64,000 nucleotides of DNA from Lingula anatina (lineage: Eukaryota > Animalia > Brachiopoda), in NCBI GenBank assembly GCA_051362555.1, contig CM120648.1, forward strand, positions 14,504,587-14,568,586. The letters are read 5' to 3'. The notes beneath the pieces were generated by a model. That model saw only the letters and a program-made list of their open reading frames with translations, had not been told where the DNA came from and did not search any database. Both the position numbers and the translations under genes were made by a program. Positions 40,283 through 53,079 of the stretch are shown one piece after another; position 1 is the first letter of the stretch, and each line of letters begins with the position of its first letter.

Positions 40283-41654
40283 CAAATACTTCCAACAACT
40301 GCTTCCTTCCATGTTTCCCTTCACTGTTTCGAGGTTGTTCAAGAGAAATAAACTAAAATTCAACAGAACAGTGTTTCTAAACACTCAAATTACAAAAATG
40401 CTCAACAGAAGACTGCACCTAAATGGTATAAAAATCAATCAATTTGAATAAGATGCCACCTACATATTCACTACAGTACCAATGTATGTTAAATAGTGCA
40501 CGTTGCCTTTACTTACTTTACCCAGGAAATGACAAAGAAAACAACCATCAACATGTTCCTTTCAATGATAACTATTCTAAGTTTATTCATTACTGCAAGT
40601 AAAAAAAAAGGAAAGGTTTTGTAAAAGACTGAATTATGCAATATAAACAATAAACAAACTTTATGATCAAGAAATATATTGGTCTATATGAGTATCACAT
40701 CATTAAGTGAACTGTTCATTGTTCATGTCATAGAGGCGAACTGCCCACATAAGATCACAAAAGATATGAAGAGCTGTACACTGTGGCCATCAAAATCACT
40801 CAGCTTCAGGTACACGGCTTCACACTTAAGTACAGATTCATATTTAAGAGTACATGAGGAAAAATTTTACTTCAATCCAAAAGCAGGCTGCATGAAAACT
40901 ACCGTACCAAGTGCTAATAAGTTGATGTGTTTTTACAAATACATAATCTCAATTTCAAATTTCATTGAAGGAATATAAACAGGAATTGAGGTATATCGTT
41001 TCTGGTACTGTCTGGTACCATGTATGATGCAGATAAAGAAATGCCTTTAATAATTTTGTTCTCCGTTGAAAATGCATACTATGTATTAAACGTTAATTTT
41101 AAACCATTTGTAATTTTTTCACTGCACTCTCTATTGATGAATTGCCTGCAGATAAGTAAGGTGGAAAGGATAACACGTGGCTTTGTTTGCTGGCTAGCTG
41201 GCTGGAGCTGCTGTCAGGTAGACTGGGATCACATTGGCTAGATCACAACATATGGAGTCCAAATGAGAACAGGGGCAAAGGTGGCTGCTTGGGGGAGGGG
41301 TGAATTCATCAGTTTGCTGTCTGCAGTGCCAAGGGCGGTGGTAGATGCACTGGGGTACTCTGCTACAGGTGTAAGACATCTACACATGAATCACTGGATG
41401 ACATGAATCACTAATTAATCCTGAATGACAGGTCTATACCAGTTCTCTTGCTGCCTTGTGACCACTCCCTGAAAAATGCACAACAGATAAAACTGATTTT
41501 AATAAAATGTGAAACAAGCAAAAAGTTCAGGCCCATGAGAGTTCAAGTTAACACTTTGAAAATGCCAGAATAAGAAAAATTAAAATATTTTAAAAATACT
41601 ATACATTTAATGGAAAAAAGATAATCCTATAGAGCTGGTTTTCTAATTTGAGCA

Positions 41655-41828
41655 TCGCAGGATAACCAAGACTGCAAGCCTCATGGCAGGACAACCGAGA
41701 CTGCAAGCATCATGGCAGGACAACCTAGACTGCCAAAACATGGCAAGACAAGTGAGACTGACAGTATCATGGCAGGACAACTGAAACTTGCAGAACATGG
41801 CGGGATAACCGAGAATGCTAGCTTCATG
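41655..41828. repeat. Degenerate 28/29 bp minisatellite patch (a second patch at 42445-42675)
   Basis: gactgcca...catggcaggacaacc units, the same as 43849-47440. Confidence 0.85.
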
Positions 41829-42445
41829 GATTCACTGGCAGCCAGTGTAATCCTTTCAGAATGGGAGTGATATGGTGTGCACTATTGCACTTTATTTGAC
41901 AAACTAGTCTTGCAGCTGAGTTTTGAATAACTACTATAGTCACATGTACTAAAGAGGATACTTGCAGTAATCTTACCTTGATGATTTACTAATTTTTCAG
42001 TGGTTCTGTTATTTAGCACTTTCCTTACTTTTCCAATGCGCCATAGTGCCTATAAGATGCTGATTTTCACATTTCAGATACATGCTTCCCCACAGTGCCA
42101 TTTTCATTGAGGGTAACTCCCAGATCTTTTACAGAATTAGATGGTTTTATAAGAACATCTCCTATGCAATGTTGGCATTTGTGCATTTTTCCTATTTGCT
42201 TTGAACCTTGATGTAAACCATATCAACTTGGCTTTAGTATCATTTAAAGCCAACATGTTCACTTTCATCCATTCTCGAATTTCTGCAAGACAAGCTTCCA
42301 TAGAAGTGATTGTTGCAGACTGGTTGCTCTTGCATGTAATATAGACTTGTATCATCTGCAAAAATGACAGTGTTCAGACCATGTTTAAGTATATCTTCTA
42401 CAGGTAACATGTATAATGAAAACAGGATTGGACCTAACACAGCAT
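41828..42445 (-). mobile_element. Decayed CR1/L2-clade LINE reverse transcriptase C-terminal fragment, copy 1
   Basis: Minus-strand motifs with frameshifts: [74 protein letters not shown]. Confidence 0.92.
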
Positions 42446-42699
42446 CAAGGCAGGACCACTGAAAACTGCCAGAACATGGCAAGCCAAGCGAGACTGCCAG
42501 CATCATGGCAGGACAACTGAGACTTCCAGAACAAGGAAGGACAACCAAGACTGCCAGCTTCACAGCAGGACATTCAACACTTCCAGCATCATGGCAGGAC
42601 AACTGAGACTGCCAGCATCATGGCAGGTTAACCCAGACTGCCAGAACATTGAAGGACAACTGAGACTGCCAGCATCAACTTCACCATAACTTTTGAGAG

Positions 42700-43525
42700 A
42701 CCACTTCTCTAAAACAATCTTCTAAAATAAGGTCATTCTCAGAATAAAAACTTGTGGAGAGCCTTGGTGAGTTAAAACAGAGGTTTGGAAAAATGGATTG
42801 GACTTTGTGTATGGATCACCTTAAAATAATACCAGATCTGTATAATCAATCCTCTATTTCACTGGCAGCCAGTGTAATCTTTCACAATGGGAGTGATAGG
42901 GTGTGTACTATTGCACTTTATTTGAAAAAACCAGTCTTGCAGCTGAGTTTTGAATAACTTGTAATTATTTTAATCTGATAGTCACATATACCCAAGAGTA
43001 GACCATTGCAGTAATCTTATCTTGATGATTTAAATGCATTTTCTAATTTTTCAGTGGATTTGTCATTTAACACTTTCCTAACTTTTCCAATGCGCCATAG
43101 TGCATAAGATGCCGATTTTCACACTTCAGATACATGCTTCCCCACAGTTCCATTTTCATTGAGGGTAACTCCCAGATCTTTTACAGAACTAGATGGTTTT
43201 ATAAAACTCTGCAAGAACATAAGAACATCTCCTATGCAATGTTGGCATTTGCTGCATTTTTCCTATTTGCCTTGAACCTTGATACAAACCATATCAACTC
43301 AGTATTAGCATCATTCAAAGCCAACATGTTCACTTTCATCCATTCTCGAAAAACTCCCCAAGACAAACCTCCATAGGAGTGATTGTTGCAGACTGGTTGC
43401 TCTTGCATCTAATACAAACGAGTGTCATCTGCAAAAAGTATGTGTTCAGAACATGTTTCAGTATGTTATCTTCTACAGCTAACATGTATAATAATGACAA
43501 TAAGATTGGACCTAACATAGCATCA
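42700..43525 (-). mobile_element. Decayed CR1/L2-clade LINE RT fragment, copy 2 (same 5' breakpoint, longer 3' part)
   Basis: Collinear with 41828-42445 ([27 protein letters not shown]) with stops and frameshifts. Confidence 0.9.
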
Positions 43526-43848
43526 TGGCAGGGCAGCCTGTCCGGAACCGCGCAAATTTAGATATAAACGTAATTTATCCACACTGACAAAAAATGACCA
43601 GTTTCAATCGTTTGATGTGAACTCGTTGCCTGCTCAGGTACATTCTCATTCTCTATTGAATATTACACACTTTTAGTACGTACTCCAGCCAATGGCTTCA
43701 TGCAATTCTTATCACTGGCTTCTTAATGCGACAGGTAAACAAGCCTTACCAAGCCTCTTCAAAACTGACACAATGTATTATAGAGAATACCATAAAAGTT
43801 ATGACTTGAAATTATTGACATCGTCCATGAATTATTAAATGTCTCCGA

Positions 43849-46800
43849 GAACATGGCAGGAAAACCCAGATTGCCAGAACATGGCAGGACCATCGAGACT
43901 GCCAGAACATGGCAGAACAACCCAGACTGCCAGAACATGGCAGGACCATCGAGACTGCCAGAACATGGCAGGACCATCGAGACTGCCAGAACATGGCAGG
44001 ACAACCCAGACTGCCAGAACATGGCAGAAACATCGAGACTGCCAGAACATGGCAGGACAACCCAGACTGCCAGAACATGGCAGGACCATCGAGACTGCCA
44101 GAACATGGCAGGACCATCGAGACTGCCAGAACATGGCAGGACAACCCAGACTGCCAGAACATGGCAGGACAACCCAGACTGCCAGAACATGGCAGGACAA
44201 CCCAGACTGCCAATGTCATGGCAGGACGACCGGGACTGCCAGTGTCATGGCAGGACGACCGGGACTGCCAATGTCATGGCAGGACGACCGGGACTGCCAA
44301 TGTCATGGCAGGACGACCGAGACTGCCAATGTCATGGCAGGACAACCGAGACTGCCAATGTCATGGCAGGACAACCAGGACTGCCAATGTCATGGCAGGA
44401 CAACCGAGACTGCCAATGTCATGGCAGGACAACCGAGACTGCCAATGTCATGGCAGGACAACCGAGACTGCCAATGTCATGGCAGGACAACCGAGACTGC
44501 CAATGTCATGGCAGGACAACCAGGACTGCCAATGTCATGGCAGGACAACCGAGACTGCCAATGTCATGGCAGGACAACCGAGACTGCCAATGTCATGGCA
44601 GGACAACCGAGACTGCCAATGTCATGGCAGGACAACCAGGACTGCCAATGTCATGGCAGGACAACCAGGACTGCCAATGTCATGGCAGGACAACCGAGAC
44701 TGCCAATGTCATGGCAGGACATCCGAGACTGCCAATGTCATGGCAGGACAACCAGGACTGCCAATGTCATGGCAGGACATCCGAGACTGCCAATGTCATG
44801 GCAGGACAACCGAGACTGCCAATGTCATGGCAGGACAACCGAGACTGCCAATGTCATGGCAGGACAACCAGGACTGGCAATGTCATGGCAGGACAACCAG
44901 GACTGCCAGTGTAGAATGACTGGGACTGCCAGTTTCATGGCAGGATGACCTTAACTGCCAGCACCTTGGCAGGACAATCAAGACTGCCAAAACATGGCAG
45001 GGCAATTAAAACTGCCAGAACATGGAAGGGCAACCCAGACTGCCAGAACATGGCAGGACAATCTAGACTGCCAGCTTCATGGCAGGTCAGCCGAACTTGC
45101 CATCAGAATGACAGGACAGCCGAACCTGCCAGAACTCTGGCAGGACAACGAAGGCTGCCAGCATCATGGCAAGACAACCTAGACTGCCAGAACATGGCAG
45201 GACTACCGAGACTGCCAGAACATGGCAGGACAATCTAGACTGCCAGTTTCATGGCAGGTCAGCCGAACCTGCCATCAGAATGACAGGACAGCCGAATCTG
45301 CCAGAACTCTGGCAGGACAACCAAGGCTGCCAGCATCATGGCAAGACAACCTAGACTGCCAGAACATGGCAGGACAACCGAGACTGCCAGAACATGGCAG
45401 GACAATCTAGACTGCCAGTTTCATGGCAGGTCAGCCGAACCTGCCATCAGAATGACAGGACAGCCGAATCTGCCAGAACTCTGACAGGACAACCAAGGCT
45501 GCCAGCATTATGGCAAGACAACCTAGACTGCCAGAACATGGCAGGACAACCGAGACTGCCAGAACATGGCAGGACAATCTAGACTGCCAGTTTCATGGCA
45601 GGTCAGCCGAACCTGCCATCAGAATGACAGGACAGCCGAATCTGCCAGAACTCTGGCAGGACAACCAAGGCTGCCAGCATCATGGCAAGACAACCTAGAC
45701 TGCCAGAACATGGCAGGACAACCGAGACTGCCAGAACATGGCAGGACAATCTAGACTGCCAGTTTCATGGCAGGTCAGCCGAACCTGCCATCAGAATGAC
45801 AGGACAGCCGAATCTGCCAGAACTCTGGCAGGACAACCAAGGCTGCCAGCATCATGGCAAGACAACCTAGACTGCCAGAACATGGCAGGACAACCGAGAC
45901 TGCCAGAACATGGCAGGACAATCTAGACTGCCAGTTTCATGGCAGGTCAGCCGAACCTGCCATCAGAATGACAGGACAGCCGAATCTGCCAGAACTCTGG
46001 CAGGACAACCAAGGCTGCCAGCATCATGGCAAGACAACCTAGACTGCCAGAACATGGCAGGACAACCGAGACTGCCAGAACATGGCAGGACAATCTAGAC
46101 TGCCAGTTTCATGGCAGGTCAGCCGAACCTGCCATCAGAATGACAGGACAGCCGAATCTGCCAGAACTCTGACAGGACAACCAAGGCTGCCAGCATTATG
46201 GCAAGACAACCTAGACTGCCAGAACATGACAGGACAACCGAGACTGCCAGAACATGGCAGGACAATCTAGACTGCCAGTTTCATGGCAGGTCAGCCGAAC
46301 CTGCCATCAGAATGACAGGACAGCCGAATCTGCCAGAACTCTGACAGGACAACCAAGGCTGCCAGCATTATGGCAAGACAACCTAGACTGCCAGAACATG
46401 ACAGGACAACCGAGACTGCCAGAACATGGCAGGACAATCTAGACTGCCAGTTTCATGGCAGGTCAGCCGAACCTGCCATCAGAATGACAGGACAGCCGAA
46501 TCTGCCAGAACTCTGACAGGACAACCAAGGCTGCCAGCATTATGGCAAGACAACCTAGACTGCCAGAACATGGCAGGATAACCGAGACTGCCAGAACATG
46601 GCAGGACAATCTAGACTGCCAGTTTCGTGGCAGGTCAGCCGAACCTGCCATCAGAATGACAGGACAGCCGAATCTGCCAGAACTCTGGCAGGACAACCAA
46701 GGCTGCCAGCATTATGGCAAGACAACCTAGACTGCCAGAACATGGCAGGACAACCAAGACTGCCAGAACATGGCAGGACAATCTAGACTGCCAGTTTCGT

Positions 46801-47440
46801 GGCAGGTCAGCCGAACCTGCCATCAGAATGACAGGACAGCCGAATCTGCCAGAACTCTGGCAGGACAACCAAGGCTGCCAGCATTATGGCAAGACAACCT
46901 AGACTGCCAGAACATGGCAGGACAATCTAGACTGCCAGTTTCGTGGCAGGTCAGCCGAACCTGCCATCAGAATGACAGGACAGCCGAATCTGCCAGAACT
47001 CTGGCAGGACAACCAAGGCTGCCAGCATTATGGCAAGACAACCTAGACTGCCAGAACATGGCAGGACAACCGAGACTGCCAGAACATGGCAGGACAATCT
47101 AGACTGCCAGTTTCGTGGCAGGTCAGCCGAACCTGCCATCAGAATGACAGGACAGCCGAATCTGCCAGAACTCTGGCAGGACAACCAAGGCTGCCAGCAT
47201 TATGGCAAGACAACCTAGACTGCCAGAACATGGCAGGACAACCGAGACTGCCAGAACATGGCAGGACAATCTAGATTGCCAGTTTCGTGGCAGGTCAGCC
47301 GAACCTGCCATCAGAATGACAGGACAGCCGAATCTGCCAGAACTCTAGCAGGACAACCGAGTCTGCCATCAGAATGGTAGGACAACCCAATCTGCCAGAA
47401 CTCTGCCTGGACAACTAAGTCTGCCAGCAAAATGGCAGTC
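43849..47440. repeat. GC-rich hairpin minisatellite: 28 bp domain (43849-44207), 29 bp domain (44208-44910), 172 bp six-monomer higher-order repeat (~45050-47340)
   Basis: Units are gactgccagaacatggcaggacaaccga and gactgccaatgtcatggcaggacaaccga. ORF starts recur every 172 bp, with one 144 bp unit near 46900. Confidence 0.97.
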
Positions 47441-47444
47441 TGGA

Positions 47445-47543
47445 TATGAAGCCTAGATCTCTCATGGAGCATATATCCTATTTCCCGGAAACGCAGTAGT
47501 TTGGAGTGCCTGAAATTAAAAGAAGAAAATCACATTAAAATAC

Positions 47544-47584
<41 letters not shown>

Positions 47585-49116
47585 AAAGCAATATGTAGAT
47601 CATTACAACATCTTATTTTGGCATTTATATATAAAATTCTATTCAACTTTAAAATAATATGAACATATTTTCTTCAAGCACCACATTTTCTTCAGTAGAG
47701 GACTTAACAATGCTTGCCAACAAGGGGGCTGTTTATGCCTCTGTAACAATCTCTTAACAGATTATTACCAGAAAACAACTTTTTAGAAAACATAAATATC
47801 AGCCAAAATGATCTGATAAAGAAATTCATCAGCCTTCCAAAACATTTTATTTTTTGAAAATTAAGCAGGCCAATCATAAGTTATTACATTTAAAAGAATG
47901 CTAACTAGTCGCCCACAAAATTTTGAATAAGACTGGTATGCAAGCATACGTAACAGTTGCAGCCAAAAGGGTCAACTAATTGCCTAATCAATTAAACAAA
48001 ATTGGCATAACTTTTGAATGGAGTAAAATATCCATTAAAATTTTCTGGAAAGTTAAAGTATGCCAAGAAGAATCTGATAAGAGGACAGCGGAGACTTGGA
48101 TGGAAATGATTCTAAAAAATGTGCCATCACTAAAAACAAAAATAATGGCTTCTAAGGAATGGATCTGTTGCAATGGAAATCGACATTATGATAGCTGTTG
48201 CTAAGGTAACAGTTTGAATAATTTTTTTACACATTATCATGAATTTTTTAACTGAATATGAAGATGGAAACACTCTTGGTACTCTAATTTATGAATTTAA
48301 AGTAAACAAATACCATGTCACTGTTGCCATAGCAACCAATATTACAATGACAATTGCATATACAATTTTAAGGTTTAATTAGTAAAAAATGCCAGAATGC
48401 ACAATGAAAATAAGTAATATCCGTTTTTTTGGTAAGTTACCATTTTGCTGTTTTCTGTTAAAGCACCTATAACCCCTCAGTCAAACGGTTGGTTCATTCT
48501 CTGCATGAATATGTGGCCAAATACGAGGAAATAACACAGCCTGAGTCTATCGTTTCCAGGAATGCACTGACATATTACAATATTTTATTGCTTAATACGC
48601 ATTTGTATGTTTAAATTTCTTTAAATGAACAGGACATTTTCATACTTTGAAAAAGTCGTTGTCCTCTCCCATAAAACAAAGCCCATAAAATGAATGTACA
48701 TTGTAGATACCTACCCAATAGTTTTGAACTGTTGAAGACGGATGTTTAGTTCAGACCTTTTGGCAGCTAAAATAAGCCCATCACTTCCTCATTGGCAAAT
48801 GCGTTTCCTCTCTAAAATAACAGAAAATTATTAAAACTTATAGTTGATTTTTGACTTCTAATGGAGAGTGTATTTGACGTTTGTACAATGTTTCTACGGT
48901 CATAAGGACTAAACCGCGAACTGCATCATTTGGGCCAACGTCGTCAACACAAAATACGCAACGTTATCTTATATCATGTATGGAAGGCAAATGCAACTTG
49001 TTAGTTGATGTCATTTTTTGTGCTTAATTTTTGGCTGACATGTGGAAAATATAGCAACGTACCCTGAATATCTGTCTCCTCCATCTTCTACAGACCTCTT
49101 TCTGAACACCTCTCAC
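47445..49116 (-). pseudogene. Copy 2 of the minus-strand spliced gene (exons 49063-49116, ~48711-48811, and one starting at 47509); non-coding or pseudogene
   Basis: Acceptors and the gtacgt and gtatct donors are homologous to copy 1. The first exon is 54 versus 71 nt, the second has TAG in the homologous frame, and the third runs into the minisatellite. Confidence 0.45.
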
Positions 49117-49139
49117 CTGAATTACATAATAATGTTCAT

Positions 49140-49430
49140 ATACCCTGTGGGAGCAGACGGCTCGTCTGATGGCGGTTATTTAGGAAATTATTAGTTTTGG
49201 CCTCGTTTTCAAAAAGGGGGCTACAGCTCCAAGAGAAAATGGCGGGAGAGAAAGGCACAGAGACCAGTAAGATGTAGAGGTGTTTATACAATTGCCTTTT
49301 GAGTTTTATACTAATAAACTTTACGAGACGATACAGTATATAATTGTGTAACATTTTATACAGCATAAGAATATCCTTGTATCAATTTCACTGAATATTC
49401 TCCTAAGATAAAATGGCGGCACACACAACG
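49140..49430. promoter_or_regulatory. Possible bidirectional promoter / 5' region
   Basis: Local CpG enrichment and YY1-like aaaatggcg motifs at ~49236 and ~49410, between divergent candidate exons. Confidence 0.35.
49239..49266 (+). CDS. Candidate exon 1 of a small plus-strand gene (MAGEKGTET)
   Basis: aaaATGG start context and donor CCA|gtaaga, phase 1, compatible with the exon at 52348. Confidence 0.4.
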
Positions 49431-50554
49431 TAATTGTAAACATAGACTTTTGAATTGTACCAAAGGTAGCTTAATGGGTTTTTTCTTTATCTGTTCCTGT
49501 TTTATCATAATTTGGCATTCATTTTTGAACATGTAAGTTTTTTAAAATGTGCGATGGCCTGTAACTTGTAGATTTTCAACATTTCCAACAAGCTTTATAT
49601 TCACTGGTAATGATAATTTTGTCAATTGAGTGATGGCAGTAGCGTTCTGGTGTCATGTGTGGAATGAATGTCACAATGTAAGTTAAATATTTGTTACTTG
49701 GCTTTTTATGTAATTTCTTCATGTTTTATTGTGAGTAAGTTGAAGTGGTTTGCGGAATGACATTGTCACCCGTCCTGTATACACATATGCTGTACGTACA
49801 TTGTATGTGCATATGGTGGTGTACCAGTAGTTGTTTGCAAGGCGGGTGGGGGGGGGGGGGGGGGGGGGGGGAGGGGGAGGGGAGGCATTGAAACTAGTAG
49901 TTGTGAAAGATACAGTATTGTAAACTAACCATAGGCATGTTTTAAAATATATGAATCTTAAATTTTAGCTTTAAACATGTTTACTTTTTTGCCCAGGGTG
50001 TGGGGGGTGTGCAAATGTATTGTGTTAATTTTCAGAAAAAAACATAAAGCCAAAATAAGTTTTATTGTACCATTGGTTTGGCGTTTTGGGTGGAATCATG
50101 TCATAAAATGGCAATATAACACAGATGAATAATATGTGTGTTTGCATGTCTTGTCAATAAGTGATAGGCAAATAATCATTTAAGGGACAGTTGGTTTTCA
50201 CCATTACGGAATTGTTTTTGTTAACCCACTGGATTTGTCAGCAAAACTTTGGTTTTTAGTCTGGATTAGGGAACCAATCTTAATGCTCTTGAGGATATGG
50301 CAGCACGTGTGTTTTGTTATCATACCCTTATTTTCCATTTTTTTATTGCAAATTTAAACATTGGGAAAACTTTGGAGGTACTGAAGGTCCGGAGGACCTG
50401 CACTTCATGTTCCAGAAATCTACAGGTCGTAATTCTGTGGAGGTCTGTCAGTCGGTGCTTAAATATGATTAATTTTTCTCTCTCCCTTTCTCTCTCTTCT
50501 TCAGTCAATGTTTATGCATAATTCATTGCTCTCTCTCTCTCTGTCTCTCTCTCA

Positions 50555-50599
<45 letters not shown>

Positions 50600-51595
50600 G
50601 CAAATGCATCACTTCTAAGTTTGTGCCTTTAAAAGGAAATTACAGTTGTTCCACAAAAATAAAGAACATATAGTAAACACTCAATCTTTTTGAAGGGAAA
50701 AATTATCAAACATTCAGATACATCATTCCATAAGTACAATATTTATTCTTTATAGCGTTTGTGGTGCTTTTACTGCATAGAATATAATTGTATAGTAGGA
50801 TGTTTATAATTTTGTTTGTACCATACCATAGGAATGATCTGATTTTTAGAAATTATGACTTTGAAAATACTGAATACAATATTTGTAAAAATCACAACTT
50901 TTTCATATTGAAATTACTATTTAATGGGAAGATGTAGATCGTCTGTAAAACTCATCTTTTTAAATTTTTAATTATTGTCCATTAAATGAAGCAGGACCTT
51001 CAATGATTAGGGCATGATAGTGGGTACACCACAATTTGTGGTGCCCTGACTTGCATGTGTTTTCTAACATTTTCAGGCCTTGATTCAAATTGGGTTTTTA
51101 ATTGATGATGGGTGTTCAACTTTGCCCAAAGTTCAATTCCAGATAAACTTTGTTTATCAATACTGTCATGAATTAAGTATAAATAGTGCAGTTTAAGGTA
51201 AAGATTGATTGTAAATGGTGCTGTTTAAGTTTACCTATTACAAATATTGCAATTAATTATTATTAATTTCAATGTGTATGTGTGTGAGCGTGCGATAAAT
51301 AGTTAGATATTTTTAGAGATATTCTGTTGAAAACTTAATTAATTTCTTCTAGGCTTGAATAGAATGAATAGGACCAGGATTATTCCTGTTGCCATGTCTT
51401 AACCTACAATTATCATAACAAAAGCTTCATCATTTCTAAATGCTGTGTAGCAATGAACACCATCACAACCTCTGCAATACTTCTAAGGGATGAAAAATAT
51501 GTTCTTGAGCTGTGCTCTTGCTAATATTAATAGTTATTGCTTATCAGTATATAGAAATGCAGTTTGTTATCATTTTAGTGTAAGAGGTATATGCA

Positions 51596-51766
51596 CAGGC
51601 CTGTAGCCAGCAGTTTCAAAGGGGGGGGGGGTCTTTTTTCTGAAAAAGTGGACCTTTAACCATATAATCCCTATGTACCTAGGTCAAATTTTACCCAGAG
51701 TGGACCTTTTTCCAGCAAAAATGGGGGTTCTTTCGAACCCCCCGAACCCCCCTGGCTACGGGCCTG
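51596..51766. mobile_element. MITE with CAGG...CCTG ends and a 5 bp TSD (atgca)
   Basis: atgca|caggcctgtagccag ... ctggctacgggcctg|atgca. Empty site in the inverted paralog at ~36745. Degenerate relatives at ~29190 and 53535-53720. Confidence 0.88.
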
Positions 51767-51904
51767 ATGCAACTAAATGTTTTAGTTGTTAGTTAAATGT
51801 TTCATGCATTGTTTTATTTCTAATGTGCAAGTTTTTATACATATGTTGTTTACAGACAAAATCTACTTATCAAAAAATAAAACAAGTTGGAATTATGAAT
51901 TTTT

Positions 51905-52040
51905 AGGGTGCAAGTCACATCTTGGTCCTTGTAGCTGTTGACTCTCAGGATGCAAGTCTTGGTCCTTGTAGCTGTTGACTCTCAGGGTGCGAGTTTTGGT
52001 CCTTGTAGCTGTTGATTTTCAGGGTGCGAGTTTTGGTCCC
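51905..52040. repeat. 37 bp tandem repeat, ~3.5 copies
   Basis: cagggtgcgagttttggtccttgtagctgttgactct units. Confidence 0.9.
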
Positions 52041-52347
52041 TTTAATATATCTCCGCCTCTCACATGCCTCCCCATGATTCTGGTTGAATGGAGCCAAGAT
52101 TCAGTTATGATTTTATACATATATTAAACATGCACATTCATGCACACACACTAACATGTACACGTACTACATGTGCACAATGTTGCTCAAGCAAGCTGGT
52201 CTTTAAAATACTAAATCTGGTCTTCATGAAAATAATCAATTTTTCTAATGAATAGTCTTTGAATGAATTTTCACTCATGCAATTCTGTATTTTTGCCCAA
52301 ATCCTATTAGTACACAGATAGTTTCTATTCCACATGTTTGTCTTCAG

Positions 52348-52401
52348 GCGACATAAAAGACAGAAAGAGTGTGTCAGATGCTGAGAGCATTAAAGAAAGA
52401 G
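52348..52401 (+). CDS. Candidate exon 2 (DIKDRKSVSDAESIKER)
   Basis: tttgtcttcag| ... AGAG|gtaaga; 54 nt, phase 1-1, open. Confidence 0.5.
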
Positions 52402-52596
52402 GTAAGATGGTATACATCAAATTTAACAGGCATTCATTTATAACACACTTTAAAAATGTACCCACACAATAAGCTGATTCTCTTGCACAATCACTGAGTT
52501 AATTCACTGTTATCTATTTTTATTGAATGTATATCTTAGAATACATGTATGTGATATCCTTATTGTGGACAAGTATGGCTTCTTTTTTTTCTTCAG

Positions 52597-52645
52597 ATGA
52601 TGTTAAAGACACAACAGCTGTGACACTCAGACATGAAGGAGAGAG
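52597..52645 (+). CDS. Candidate exon 3 (DDVKDTTAVTLRHEGE)
   Basis: Long pyrimidine tract ttcttttttttcttcag| ... GAG|gttaag; continues the frame, phase 1-2. Confidence 0.45.
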
Positions 52646-52710
52646 GTTAAGGCAGCAGGGGCAATAGAATAGGGATCTATTTATTACACTGATGGAATGT
52701 GACTGTGAAT

Positions 52711-52747
<37 letters not shown>

Positions 52748-52943
52748 CATACACACTCCTTGTGTTGTGCCAACACAGTTTGTGCTTTTTGCGAGTTTAA
52801 AATGATACTTGGCAAATTTGTTAACTCTAAACAATGGTAAATATTTTGATGCAGTTTCATATGTGAAATAAGATGCATTGACTGCTTATTGAAGGTAATT
52901 TATTATTGCATATTAGTAAGTAATACTGTGTCATATATTTCAG

Positions 52944-53079
52944 CTCCCAAGGACTGCTGCCAATCAAGGTGGAGGAAGATGTTAAATCTTTTCACATCTT
53001 GCTTCAGATGCAGGCCAAGAACAGAAATGGTTATTATTATCATCATTCATTATTAAATCTCACCATTTCAGACATTTAG
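52944..53079 (+). CDS. Candidate exon 4 (SQGLLPIKVEEDVKSFHILLQMQAKNRNG...*)
   Basis: tatatttcag| continues the frame to TAG at 53077-53079, or to a weak donor at 53030. Confidence 0.42.

Larger units (their letters stand above)
37143..40288 (+). mobile_element. Non-autonomous Helentron/HINE element, family 1, with central 146 bp array and duplicated 3' segment
   Basis: 5' aaactagagg, small hairpin gaggcg-atac-cgcctc, subterminal IR ttgtaccaccagc (37181-37193) complementary to 3' gctggtggtacaa, and terminal hairpin at 40256-40283. Confidence 0.85.

Noticed and set aside
43839-44948. 336-369 aa repetitive ORFs as a real protein gene
   Set aside because: All three frames are open only because the 28/29 bp units lack stops; the unit length is not a multiple of 3 and there is no unique flanking coding sequence.
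43849-47440. CRISPR-like array of 28 bp palindromic repeats
   Set aside because: Units are contiguous with no unique spacers, there are no cas genes, and the context is eukaryotic.
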